Below, piece after piece: positions 1 to 12,411 of a stretch of DNA of 64,000 bases (position 1 is the stretch's first letter; each line of letters starts with the position of its first letter). Source of the stretch: Mustelus asterias (lineage: Eukaryota); the NCBI RefSeq assembly GCF_964213995.1, contig NC_135812.1:43834001-43898000 (forward strand), read 5' to 3'. The position numbers and the translations under genes are program-made. Below the pieces are notes generated by a model. The model was not told the DNA's origin and did not search any database. It was given only the letters and a program-made list of their open reading frames with translations.

Positions 1-860
1 ATATCTGTTTTTATATTGAGCTAGCTTACTCTCAATCTGCCTTACTTTTCTTTATAGCTTTTTTCATGGCTTTCTGTTGACCTTATGACTTCCCAATCCT
101 CTAGTTTCCCACTAGTCTTTGCCACTTTGTATGCTTTATTTCCTTAGATATTCCTGGCCGATTATCCCTTTTCCTACAGTCCTTCCTTTTGCTGAGCATT
201 GTGAAAAATTCCTTTGAAAGTCCTCCACTGTTCCTCAATTTTCCCACCATAAAGTATTTGTTCCCAGCCTACCTTAGCCAAATCCTTCCTCATCCCATTG
301 TAGTCTCCTTTGCCCAAGCACAAGACGCTGGTATTGGAATTTACCTTCTCACCCTCCACCTGTATTTTAAACTTCAACCATACTGTAATCACTCCTCCTG
401 AGAGGATCCCTAACTGTGAGATCATTAATTATTTCTGTCTCATTACACAGGACCAGATCTAGGATAGCTTGGTCCCTCGTAGGTCCCATTACATACTGTT
501 CGAGGAAACTATTGCGGATACATTCTATGAATTCTTCCTCAAGGCTGCCTTGACTGACCTTGTTTGACCAATCGACATGTAGATTAAACCCGCCCATGAT
601 AACTGCCGTACAATTTTTACATGCATCAGTTATATCTTTATTTATTGCCCACCCCACAATGTTATTATTTGGTGGCCTATAGACTACGCCTTTGTGACTT
701 GTTCTCCTTACGATTTCGGATTTTCACCCAAATGGATTCAACCTTTTTCTCCATAGAACCTATACCATCTCTTATGACCACCTTGGTGTCATCCTTAAAT
801 ATCAGAGCTACACCACCTCCCTTACCTTCTTGACTGTCCTTCAGATCAGTCGTAACCATC
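1..860 (-). mobile_element. CR1 LINE ORF2 fragment (APE domain)
   Basis: IMGGFNLHVDW...FLEQYVMGPTRDQAILDLVLCN...SDY; GGGVALIFK. Confidence 0.85.
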
Positions 861-1346
861 CTGCAACCATGTCTCTATAATGGCCACTAAATTATACTCC
901 TTCGCGATGATTTGCGCCGTCAACTTATTTACCTTGTTTTTTTTTCCTGTTCCTACACCTCCTTTAGAATTTTACCCTTCGTTTTATATTGCCTTTCCTT
1001 GTTCGTCTTACCAAAATGTACCACTCTACACTTGTGGATTAAATTTCATTTGCCATATGTCCACCCGTTGACCCAATTTATACCCTCTTGCAGTGCATCA
1101 TGATCCTCCTCACCGCTCACAATACTTCAAAATTTGCAACTGATGCAAAACCTGGAAATGGAGCTGTGCACCCCCAAGTCTTGGTTATTACTGTAGATCA
1201 TGAAACACAGTGATCCTAATGCAGACTCCTGGAGAGCCCCACTGTATACCTTCCTTCAGTCCAAAAAAACCCTATTTCCTGTCACTCAGCCAACTTTATA
1301 TCCGTGTTGCCAATGTCCCTTTTATTCCATTGGCTTTAACTTTGCT

Positions 1347-1560
1347 CAGTAAGAGTTTTAATAACACCAGGTTAAAGTCCAACAGGTTTATTTGGTAGCA
1401 AATACCATTAGCTTTCGGAGCGCTGCTCCTTCGTCAGATGGAGTGGAAATCTGCTCTCAAACAGGGCAGAGACACAAAATCAAGTTACAGAATACTGATT
1501 AGAATGCAAAACTCTACAGCCAACCAGGTCTTAAAGATACAGACAATACAGACTCCACAT
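1347..1560 (-). mobile_element. Penelope-like family A fragment with 8-nt inverted terminus
   Basis: Homologous to the 11111 and 57220 arms; TSD TTTAACTTTGCT at 1335-1346 and 1561-1572; ends in CTCCACAT. Confidence 0.85.
1405..1441 (-). ncRNA. Minimal type I hammerhead ribozyme motif (PLE-associated), intact core
   Basis: CCAT-CTGACGA-A-GGAGC-AGC-GCTCC-GAAA-GC-TA-ATGG: stem I CCAT/ATGG, stem II GGAGC/GCTCC, palindromic AGCT at helix III. Confidence 0.75.
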
Positions 1561-3471
1561 TTTAACTTTGCTGACAGGCCTGTTATGTAACACTTCAAAC
1601 ACCTTTTGGATGTCCAGGTACACGGCATCAAGTCTCACTGTTACTTCACTGAAAAGCTCAATCAAATTTGTTATAGATGATTTACTTGCCCTAAACAAAT
1701 CCATGCTGGTTTTCCTCAATTAATCCACTTTTGTCCATGTTAACTTTCTAACTGCTTTCTCACCATTGAGGTCAAACTGACTGGCTTATAGTTGCTGCAG
1801 TTATTCTTGAACCCTCTTTTGAACAAGCAAATAATATTTTCAAGAATTAGGTGGATTAGAAGATATTGACCAATACCTCTGCAATTTCCAATCCTTCTTC
1901 ACTTAGCATCCTCGGCCACATCTGATTCAGTCTTGGTGACTTAAGAGCTAACCTATCTAATACCTCACCTATCAATTTTTAGCCTTTCCAGTATCTCAAA
2001 TATGGAAACATACTGCTAATGTAGAATTTTACCCTGAACACGTCCTCTCACTGCCATTTACACTATTACCACCCCCTCTATATGAAGATAATTAAAGGCT
2101 TAATTATAACTACTCTATAGGATTTACATCTCTCTAATATTCCTGCAAATTTATTCCTCCATATCTTTCCCACTCGAATACATCCAGTAGTATAATGGGT
2201 GTCTGTTATTTCTTAGTTCTAACCAAATAGATTTGATCCCTGACCCCTTATAGAGTGCCCCCCCTCTCTGGGATTGTACTATCTATAATTAATATGGCCA
2301 CCACTCTCCTTTCTTTCCTTCACACCTTGTGTCCAAGAATATTTAGTACCCAGTCCTGTCTTTTGAGCCAGGACTTTGCTATTGCCACAATATCATACTC
2401 CCATACAACTACCTGCACTGGTAGATCACCAATCTTATTTGCCACACTTCAGATATTCACATGCATGCAGTGTAAATCTGATTTAGATGCGAGCAACCTT
2501 GGATCATTCTCCCAGTGGCGCAGGCCCTGATTCTGAGGTCATTAACATAACAAAGGGGAGTGTGGGCACCAATTCAAATCTGGTTACAACATTCATGATC
2601 TTCTTGTGGAAAAATTTTAACAGCAAAATATTGGCACGAATAGCTTAAATTCATGATCCATGCAAAACTGTTTATAGAAACATTTTAGGTCTGTAATAAA
2701 CATGAATAGCAGAGGAAAAAGTTTAACTCATTTGACCCTGAAGAGTAGCACAACACTGACTTTTTAAAACCACTCTGGGATCAATACTGGGGGAGGAAAT
2801 GGTGCCATTTCTGCTTCTATAAAATATACTTGCTGATGTCAACAGATTGGAACTCTTCCAACTGGAAAATCGAGCAGGCTGCTGACTAGTTATGAAAATG
2901 ATAATTTATCATTTCCTTAACAGCTACAGAATATAACAATGTTAGCACTTGGGAATTGTGAAACACTGAAAGCAATTTTAGCACCCTCCAAGATTCTCTG
3001 CTTCTAATCTTATGAGCTATTTAAAAAATCTATATAATGGAAATTAAAGTAATACACATTGTTAAAGTAGCTACGGAATAAGAATGAATAATTAGTGCAT
3101 TATTTTTGTGTTGTACAATACCAAAATTAAACGGACTGGTATTCAATTCCATGCAAATACAATACTGGTATAAGGGAACACAATCTACCGCGAATCTTAG
3201 TCAGCAAGTCCACCCCCAATACAATGTAATTGCTATTTAATTGCCTGATACTGATCCCTATCAAATCACACCTTATAACACACCCACACAATCACAATGC
3301 AAGGATGATACACTACATTTGAAACTTATCATAAAACCTAGACTGTCGCTTTGAATTACAAATCTTTCAAAGATTAAGTGACTAGGGGTAGATGGTAGAG
3401 TAGTGATGTCAATGGACTAGCAATCCAGAAGACAGGCTAAGGCTCTGTGTTAAATTTTAAATGATGTGGAC

Positions 3472-4317
3472 TCCTAGCCTTTGACCTGCTCTGGTAGCCA
3501 CTGTATTTATGTGGCCAGTCCAGTTCAGTTTCTGGTCATTGGTAACCCCGAGGCCAAAAGAGAAAATGCTGCAAAATCTCAGCAGTTCTGGCAGCATCTG
3601 TAAGGAGAGAAAAAAGCTGACGTTTCGAGTCCACATGAACCTTTGTCACTTTGACAAAGTGTCATGTGGACTCGAAACGTCAGCTCTTTTCTCTCCTTAC
3701 AGATGCTGCCAGACTTGCTGAGATTTTCCAGCATTTTCTCTTTTGGTTTCAGATTCCAGCATCCGCAGTAACTTGTTTTTATCCAGTTGTAACCCTGAGG
3801 ATGTTGATATAATTTTAACCACAGGGTCGAAATCCAACACAAACTGGTGAAATTTAAATTCAGTTAATTAATAAATCTGGAATATAAAGCTAGTCTCAGC
3901 GATGGTGACCATGAAATTATCAACTGTTTAACTATCACCACTTGACATTCAATAGCATTACCATTGCTGAATCCCCCAATATCAACATCCTCAGGGTTAC
4001 AACTGGATAAAAACAAGTTACTGCGGATGCTGGAATCTGAAACCAAAAGAGAAAATGCTGGAAAATCTCAGCAAGTCTGGCAGCATCTGTAAGGAGAGAA
4101 AAGAGCTGACGTTTCGAGTCCACATGACACTTTGTCAAAGTGACAAAGGTTCATGTGGACTCGAAAAGTCAGCTTTTTTCTCTCCTTACAGATGCTGCCA
4201 GAACTGCTGAGATTTTGCAGCATTTTCTCTTTTGGCCTCGGGGTTACCAATGACCAGAAACTGAACTGGACTGGCCACATAAATACAGTGGCTACCAGAG
4301 CAGGTCAAAGGCTAGGA
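3472..4317. repeat. 339-bp near-perfect inverted duplication (3472-3810 / 3979-4317), each arm itself containing a palindrome
   Basis: One mismatch seen between arms; identical ORF translations 3509..3721(+) and 4068..4280(-); 168-bp spacer. Confidence 0.95.
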
Positions 4318-4855
4318 ATTCTGTGGCGTCCCAAAGCCTGTCTACAAGGCACAAGTCAGGAGTGTGATGGATTACTCCCCACTTGCCGAGATGAGTGCAG
4401 CTCTAAAAACACTCAAGCAGCTCAACAGCATCCAGAACAGAGCAGCCCGCTTGATTACCACCCCTTCCACAAACATTTAATCCCTCCACACCGATGAACA
4501 TTGGCCAATCGTGTGTGCCATCTATAAGATGCACTGCAGGAAGTCACCAAGGCTCCTTAAACAGCTCCTTCCAGACCCACGACCACTACCATCTAGAAGG
4601 ACAAGAGCAGCAGCTACCTGGGAACACCACCTAACCAAACCACTCACCATCCTGGCTTGGAAATGTATCACCGTTCCTTCACTGTTGCTAGGTCAAAATC
4701 CTGCAACTCCTTCCCTAATGGCACTGAGCGTACCTACACTTCAAGAGACTGCAGCAGTTCATGGCGGCAGCTCACCACCACCTTCTCAAGGGCAACTAGG
4801 AATAGCAATAAATGTTGGTCTAGCCAGCAACGCCCACATCCTGTAAATGAATAAT
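3935..4855 (+). mobile_element. RTEX/Crack-like LINE 3' fragment
   Basis: LGVTNDQKLNWTGHINTVATRAGQRLGIL; tail ccttctcaagggcaa...aataaatg...gccagcaacgcccacatcc; clade assignment tentative. Confidence 0.65.
4001..4235. mobile_element. Penelope-like family B fold-back insertion inside an RTEX-like LINE
   Basis: ~95-bp inverted arms plus ~40-nt unpaired tail; imperfect 12-bp TSD CCTC(A/G)GGGTTAC at 3989-4000 and 4236-4247. Confidence 0.75.
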
Positions 4856-5204
4856 TAAAAAATATAGTTTGCTAATGGCCTTTAAGGAAAGTCGTCTGCC
4901 ATCCTTATCTGATCTGGCTTACATGCGACAGAAACGTGGTTGACACTTAACTGTCTTCTGAAAGAGCCTAAAAAGTCACTCCATTCAAGGGCAATTAGCA
5001 ATGGGCAACAAATGCTGGCCTTGCTAGCAATGCCCACATTCATGAAAAACTGCCATTGTCAAAATAGTGTTTTTAAAGCCAAAAATCACTCTTAACCTCA
5101 ATACCAAACATACAAAACGAGGTGGAACATCTGCCTTTCCACTTTTGCTTCATTACTCAGCAGACATATTTGCAACATATCTGTTGGTTGTAATTCATAA
5201 TGCT

Positions 5205-5929
5205 AAAGTGCAAAGGGACTTGGGAGTCCTAGTCCAGGATTCTCTAAAGGTAAACTTGCAGGTTGAGTCCGTAATTAAGAAAGCAAATGTAATGTTGTCA
5301 TTTATCTCAAGAGGCTTGGAATACAAAAGCAGGGATGTACTTCTGAGGCTTTATAAAGCACTGGTTAGGCCCCATTTGGAGTACTGTGAGCAATTTTGGG
5401 CCCCACACCTCAGGAAGGACATACTGGCACTGGAGCGGGTCCAGCGGAGATTCACACGGATGATCCCAGGAATGGTAGGCCTGACATACGATGAACGTCT
5501 GAGGATCGTGGGATTATATTCATTGGAGTTTAGGAGGTTGAGGGGAGATCTGATAGAAACTTACAAGATAATGAACGGCTTAGATAGGATGGACGTAGGG
5601 AAGTTGTTTCCATTAACAGGGGAGACTAGGACGCGGGGGCACAGCCTTAGAATAAAAGGGAGTCACTTTAGAACAGAGATGAGGAGAAATTTCTTCAGCC
5701 AGAGAGTGGTGGGTCTGTGGAATTCATTGCCACAGAGGGCTGTGGAGGCCGAGACGTTGAGCGTCTTCAAGACAGAAATTGATAAATTCTTGATTTCTCG
5801 AGGAATTAAGGGCTATGGGGAGAGAGCGGGTAAATGGAGTTGAAATCAACCATGATTGAATGGTGGAGTGGACTCGATGGGCCGAATGGCCTTACTTCCG
5901 CTCCTATGTCTTATGGTCTTATGGTCTTT
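5205..5929 (+). mobile_element. Young 5'-truncated CR1 LINE 3' end
   Basis: Open frame QRDLGVLVQDSLK...LYKALVRPHLEYC...RRLRGDLIETYKI...WNSLP; (cttatggt)n tail. Confidence 0.92.
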
Positions 5930-6154
5930 AACAAAGAATCAATTAAATGAAATTAACAGTATTCAAATGATGGAGATTGTTATTTCCCAGAAACTTGATT
6001 AAAACTAAGTGTACGCTTGCTATAAATAGAACCATTTTGGCGAGGTCTTACTTCCCATTACAGAATCTTGGCATCTCTCTGAAGACCGTTAAAACTTCTC
6101 GCAAGGTTTGACCACCCTGTCACTGACATTGCGGTAGCAGTGCTCATTACAAAA

Positions 6155-6498
6155 CATAGATCATAAGATCATAAACCCTACAGTGCAGAAGGAGGCCATT
6201 CGGCCCAACGAGTCCGCACCGACCACAATCCCACCCAGGCCCTGCCCCCACACATTTACCCGCTAATCCCTCTAACCTACGCATCTCAGGACTCTAAGGG
6301 GCAATTTTTAACCTGGCCAATCAACCTAACCCGCACATCTTTGGACTGTGGGAGGAAACCGGAGCACCCGGAGGAAACCCACGCAGACACGAGGAGAATG
6401 TGCAAACTCCACACAGACAGTGACCCGAGCCGGGAATTGAACCCGGGACCCTGGAGCTGTGAAGCAGCAGTGCTAACCACTGTGCTACTGTGCCGCCC
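6155..6498 (-). mobile_element. HE1-type V-SINE
   Basis: tRNA-like head (tggttagcactgc...ggttcaattccc), V domain, CR1-like tail. Confidence 0.88.
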
Positions 6499-6799
6499 AA
6501 TCTGCAATGAAGGCTGATACAGCTTACCACCAGACGGCCCAGGGCGAGCAAAATCAATTAGAATTACCAGCCTTTACTGATAGTTCAACCAGTGGTACTC
6601 ACTTAAGTCAAATGCCAAGGGATCAGTCAATCAGCTCCAGGAACTTACATTACTCAATCCAACTCCCCTACTTTATAACAACGATTACACTGCATAAATA
6701 TTCTGTTGGTTGTAGAGTGCATTGGGATGTCCTGAGGTTGTGAAAGGTCCTGTATAAATTCAGGTACTCTCTTTTCTAGGCAGGACTGAACTCAACATA

Positions 6800-8092
6800 A
6801 GGACTGAGGAAGACCATATGGCCCATCAAGCCAACTCTACCATTCAATAGGATTGCAGCTGATCTTGGGCTTCAACAGCATTTTCCTGTCTGCTCCACTT
6901 ATCCCCCAATTCCCTGAGACCAAAAATCTATCTCACCTTTAAATATGTTCAATGACAGTGCATCCACCATCCTCTGGGGTAGAGAATTCCAAAGATTCAC
7001 AACTCTTTGATCGAAGAAACTTTGGCTCATCTCAAACCCAAATGATCAGCCCCTTGTGCTGAAGCAGTGCCTTCTTTTTCTAGGCACCCTAGCCAGGGGA
7101 AACAACATTTCAATGTTGATCCTGTCAAGCCCCTTCATAATCTCGAATGCTTCAAATAAATCATCTCTCATGCTTCTCAACTCCAGAAAATAGAGACCCT
7201 ATTTTACTCTGCTCTCATCACAAGACAACTCTCACATCCCACCCAAGGACCAACTCGTGAATCTTCACTTGACTGCCTTCAATGAAAGTATATACTGCCC
7301 TTCAAATTAGAGACCAAAATTGCATACAGTATTCCAAGTGTGGCCTCATCAGAGCCCCTTACAATTGTAGCAAGGCTTCTTTATTTTCGAACCAGTTTAC
7401 CTTTGTGATAATGGGATAAAGATGCTGGCTCAGACACTGGACTCTTGGAATCTGAAGTAACAAGTGAGTCATAGAGGTTTACCACATGGAAACAGGCCCT
7501 TCGGCCCAACTTGTTCATGCCGCCCAGTTTTTACCATTAAGCTAGTCCCAATTGTCTGCGTTTGGCCCATATCCCTCTGTACCCATCTAATCCATGTAAC
7601 TGTCTAAAAAGGCTTTTTAAAAGACAATTGTACCTCTACTACTACCTCTAGCAGCTTGTTCCAGACACTCGCCACCCTCTGTGTGAAAGAATTGCCCCTC
7701 TGGATCCTTTTGTATCTCTCCCCTCTCACCTTAAACCCAAGCCCTCTAGTTTTAGACTCTCCTACCTTTGGGGAAAGATGTTGACTATCTACCTTATCTA
7801 TGGCCCTCATTATTTTCTCGACCTCTGTAAGATCACCCCTAAGCCTCCTATGCTGCAGGGAAAAAGGTTCCAGCCTCTCCTTAAAACTCAAACCATCAAG
7901 TCTTGGTAACATCCTAGTAAATCCTTTTTGCACTCTCCAGTTTAATAATATCCTTTCTATGATAGGGTGACCAGAACTGTACACAGTACTTACCAATGTC
8001 TTGTACAGCTTTGACAAGATGTCCCAATTCCTGTATTCAACGTTCTGACAAATGAAACCTAGAATGCTGAATACCTTCTTCACCACCCTGTC
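6800..8092 (-). mobile_element. Two CR1 3' fragments (old ~6800-7410; younger ~7468-8092)
   Basis: RVQKGFTRMLP...RRLRGDLTEV...KTRGLGFKV...WNKL. Confidence 0.82.
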
Positions 8093-8109
8093 ACTGAATT
8101 ATGCCACCA

Positions 8110-9760
8110 TTTAAACTGTCACCACTTCTTTACTGTTGCTGGGTCGAAATCCTGGAACTCGCTCCCTAACAGCACAGTAAATGTACCCACACCTCGTGGA
8201 CTGCAAAGATTCAAGGGGGCAGCTCACCACCACCTTCTCAAGGGCAATGAATGCTGGTCTAGCCAGTGAAACCTAGATCCTTGAATTAATAAAAACCCTA
8301 CTACATCCCCTCAGTTGATGAATTAGTACTCTTCCATGCTGGTCACCACTTGGACGAAGCACTGACGTGGCAAGTGCACAGAGTATAATCTGGGTGGTGG
8401 ATTTCAATGTTCACCACCAATGGTAACTCAGTCGCACCACTACCGACAAATGGCTGAGTCCTAAAGGACATAGCTGCGAGACTGTTCTGCAGCATTTGAT
8501 GAGGGAACTAATAAGAAGGAAAAATCTACTTGACCTCGTTCTTACCAATGTACCTGCCAATGAAACATCTGTCCATGACAGTATTGGTAGGAGTGACAAC
8601 CGCACAGTCCTCATGGAGACGAATTCCTGTCTTCACATTGGCGATGCCACACAACACACTGGAGGGTACTACCACCATATTAAATATGGGATAGACTTCA
8701 AACAGGCCTAGCAACGCAAAACTGAGCATCCATCAGCAGCATAATTATATGCAACCAGTCTGTAACCATATGGCTCGGCATATCCCCTACTTTACCACTG
8801 ACCAGGGCTGATCCCCTGGCTTAATGAAGAGTGCAGGAGCGCATTCCAGGAGCATCATCAGGCATACTAGCCATGCTCAGTTTGGGTTCCACTAGGGCCA
8901 CTCAGCTCTTGACTTAATTTAAGCCTTGGTCCAAATATTGGTTTGGAGTCATGCCAAGCACAAAGAATGATGATTGTGGTTGTTGCAGGTCAATCATCTT
9001 TGTTCCAGGACATCACTGCAGAAGTTTTGCAGGGCAATGCCCGAGGCCCAACCATCTTCAGTTGCTTCATCAACATTCAGTTACAATTACCATTGCTAAA
9101 TCCTCCACTTCCAACCTCCTGGGAGCTACTCTTGACCAGAAATTGAACTGGGCCAGCCATATCAATACTGTGGCTACAAGAACAGGTCAGAGACTAGGAA
9201 TTCTGCAGAGAGTAACTCAGCTCTTAGCTTCCCAAAGCCTGTCCACCATCTATCTACAAGACTCAAGTCAGGGGTGTAATGGAACACTCTCCACTTGCCT
9301 GGATAAATGCAGTTCCAACAACCCTCAAGCTCAACACCAAACTTCAAAAATGATTCAGGACAGCTCACTTATTTGGCACCCCATCCACTACAATCAACAT
9401 TCACTTTCTACACCACTTGTGCACAGTTGCAGCAATGTATTCCATCTGCTCTTTCAACAGCATCTTGCAAACCTGCAACCTCTACTATCTAGAAAGACAT
9501 GGGCAGCAGGTATAGGGGAACACTACCTGCAATTTCCCCTCGGAGTCACACTCCATCTTGACTTGGAAGTACAGCACCTACACTGTGGCTCGGTCAAATT
9601 CCTGTAACTCCTTTACTAGCAGCATTGTGGGTGTTCCAACAACACATGAACTGCAATGGTTCAAGAAGGCAGCACATCACCACTTTCGAGGGCAATTTGG
9701 GATGGTCAATAAATGCTAACCTAGCCAGCAATGCCACATCCCATGAAAGAATTTAAAAAA
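8110..9760 (+). mobile_element. RTEX/Crack-like LINE fragments
   Basis: NLLDLVLTN...SVHDSIGRSDNRTV (APE); DQKLNWASHINTVATRTGQRLGIL; shared 3' tail. Confidence 0.65.
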
Positions 9761-11110
9761 CGCTACCTGTTGAATCAAGGATTAGAATAGCCACTACCAC
9801 TGATTCAATTTCAGAGGCCCTTGGGTATGATAATTAGAGCTTAGCCAATTGTAGGAGATGGAACATGACTTCCTTGTTTACAGAAATCATTTAAAAGTTT
9901 AAGTATGTAATAAATCAGATGTGAATAGACTTTTGTTTGGTTTTATGGGACAAATGTAATTGGATTGCAAGAGCTCCTTCAATATGCGCTATATATTGCA
10001 ACTTAGAACCCGAATGTACACAAATCAAAAAAACAGGCTTAGCATTTATGCTGCCCTTTTCATTGGCAATATATATATTTATCTAAATAGCTCTGTACAA
10101 ACTTTGTCTAGCTTCCCGAGTTCTGCCTTGCAGCAGAGAAAAATCAAGTACAGGAATTTTTGGTCACAGTATCTGTTGAACTATTTACCATTCATACATG
10201 AATTATTAATTTACATTTGTGAATTCACATGCACTGATGAGTGTATAGGCTAGACGAGCTATTACTGATGATCTTCAATCAAAGATCAATTGCTCAACCC
10301 CTTCTCTGAAAGCAAGGCCCCTCAGTGTAAAACAACTTCACATTAAGGCCAGGTTTTTATTTTTGATTTACAATGACCTAAGTGCCACAACAGTTTACAA
10401 TTGTTTTTAATTGACGACATAATAGGCATGGGTTCAAGATGAAACATGCACAGTAGCTCTATGTTGATCATTTCATTATAAGTTACTTAGGAAACTATTC
10501 TGCTCTGCTTCTGAAACAGGAAGAATAATTATTAAATGAATGAAAGGAGTGGATGGGCTAGCTACAATTTTCAATTTCCTCTGTACAAATATATGTACTT
10601 TTTAGTACAGAAACTTAATTTCAACTTAGTTCAACTTATTATAAATGATGCAAATCAGTTTTCCTTAATGTTTATATTAAAAATAAATCCATGTTCAGAT
10701 GTGAAATATATTTTTGAAACTTGCAATTTCAGTGATCAGAAATTGCTTAAACATACACAGGCCATAAAAAGATAATCAGTTGTGTGTACTTGGATATGCT
10801 GCAGAATTGAACAGATTTTTAATACAACATGTCCCATATTTGATGTTAATTAGAATACTTGCATTGTAAATTAAACCCCAGTTTTATTCCTCGAGGCTGT
10901 TGTTAGGTGATGGAGCACTCTAAATTTATTAACCAGAATTTCTTAGTCTATATAAGCTGCAGGAAAAATCTAATTACAGATCATGGAGGGTTCAAAGTGG
11001 TAGATTCAGATACGTTAACATGTGCCTCACTCTTATAACAGCATTCAGAATGACAGAATAAAACTAATTCATTTCATGGGACGTGAACATCGCATGGCCA
11101 GTATTTGTTG

Positions 11111-11331
11111 TAAGAGTTTTAACACCACCAGGTTAAAGTCCAACAGGTTTATTTGGTACCAAATACCATTAGCTTTCTGAGCGCTGCTCCTTCGTCTCCA
11201 CTCCATCTGACGAAGGAGCAGCGCTCCGAAAGCCAATGGTATTTGCTACCAAATAAACCTGTTGGACTTTAACCTGGTGGTGTTAAAACTCTTACTGTGT
11301 TTACCCCAGTCCAACGCCGGCATCTCCACAT
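11111..11331. mobile_element. Short Penelope-like family A fold-back insertion
   Basis: Arms 11110-11196 and 11209-11295 plus ~36-nt unpaired tail; TSD CAGTATTTGTTG at 11099-11110 and 11332-11343; terminus shared with the 57188 element. Confidence 0.88.
11203..11239 (+). ncRNA. Minimal hammerhead motif, U of NUH triplet mutated to C
   Basis: CCAT-CTGACGA-A-GGAGC-AGC-GCTCC-GAAA-GC-CA-ATGG. Confidence 0.6.
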
Positions 11332-11534
11332 CAGTATTTGTTGCCCATCTCTTAATAGCTCTCAAGAAAGTGGTGGAGAATCCCCTTGTTGAACTGCAGC
11401 ACTCCATGTGGTGAGGGAGTTTTAAGATGTAGCAAGATAATCAATGTAATTATACAAATTGCCCCAATTCAGAACCCAATATAATCTACTAAATTGTACT
11501 ACAGTGAGCAAACTTAGTTAAGTGCTCATCCTGA

Positions 11535-11690
11535 AGCAAAATACTGCAGAAGCTGGGAAATCTGAAATAAGAGCACAAAATGCTGGAAATACTCAGCAGA
11601 TCTGACAGTTCTAAAAGATCACCCTGAAACATATACTGTTTCTCTCTCCACAGATGTTGTTAGATCGGCTCAATTACCAGCATTTCTGCA
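11535..11690. mobile_element. Degenerate PLE family B-related fold-back remnant
   Basis: aaaatactgcagaagctgg...aatgctggaaatactcagcag followed by inverted tctctccacagatg...ccagcatttctg. Confidence 0.55.
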
Positions 11691-11691
11691 T

Positions 11692-12166
11692 CCTTTCTGG
11701 TTGTATCACAGCTTGGTATGGCTCCAGCTCTGCCCAAGGCCACAAGGAACTATAAAAGGTCGTGAATGTAGCCCAATCCATCATGCAAACCAGCCTCCCA
11801 TCCATTGACTCCGTCTACACTTCCCGCTGCCTCGGCAAAGAAATCAGCATAATTAAGGACCCCATGCATCCCAGACACTCTCTCTTCCACCTTCTTCCAT
11901 CGGGAAAAAGATACAAAAGTCTGAGGTCACGTACCAACTGACTCAAGAACAGCTTCTTCCCTGCTGCTGTCAGACTTTTGAATGGACTTACCTTGTATTA
12001 AGTTGATCTTTCTCTACACCCTAGCTATGACTATAACATTACATTCTGCACCCTCTCGTTTCCTTCCCTATGTATGTTATGCTTTGTCTGTATAGCGCGC
12101 AAGAAACAATACTTTTCACTGTATGTTAATACATGCAACAATAATAAATCAAATCAAAATCAAATC
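11692..12166 (+). mobile_element. Rex1/Babar LINE 3' end
   Basis: Close match to 18421-18885; aataaatcaaatcaaa tail. Confidence 0.8.
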
Positions 12167-12411
12167 ATTTTTGTTTAAGTTAGCAAGCACTCATTAAATT
12201 TCAATTGTACAGTTGCTTTAACCCTTTGTAAATAAATGGAGGCCTACTCCATTTTTGTTTTCACAAAAATTGCGGCTCTATTTCATGCGCAAGTAAATTA
12301 ATCACTAGTCCTTCAGAAAAAGGGAAGAATGGAAATATAGAATTGAACTCAGAATATGATTTGAAAGAATTTCCACAATTACAATACAATTGTTACATTG
12401 CTGACACTTAC

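Larger units (their letters stand above)
930..2470 (-). mobile_element. Old degenerate CR1 fragments
   Basis: KSSITNLIELFSEVT...DAVYLDIQKVF remnant; many stops. Confidence 0.6.

Noticed and set aside
6155-6498. tRNA-like sequences as tRNA genes
   Set aside because: They are SINE heads with A/B boxes fused to V domain and LINE tail.
1-12411. Expected next exon (CCDKRLW..., LRR region)
   Set aside because: Not found by eye on the minus strand; presumably outside the window.
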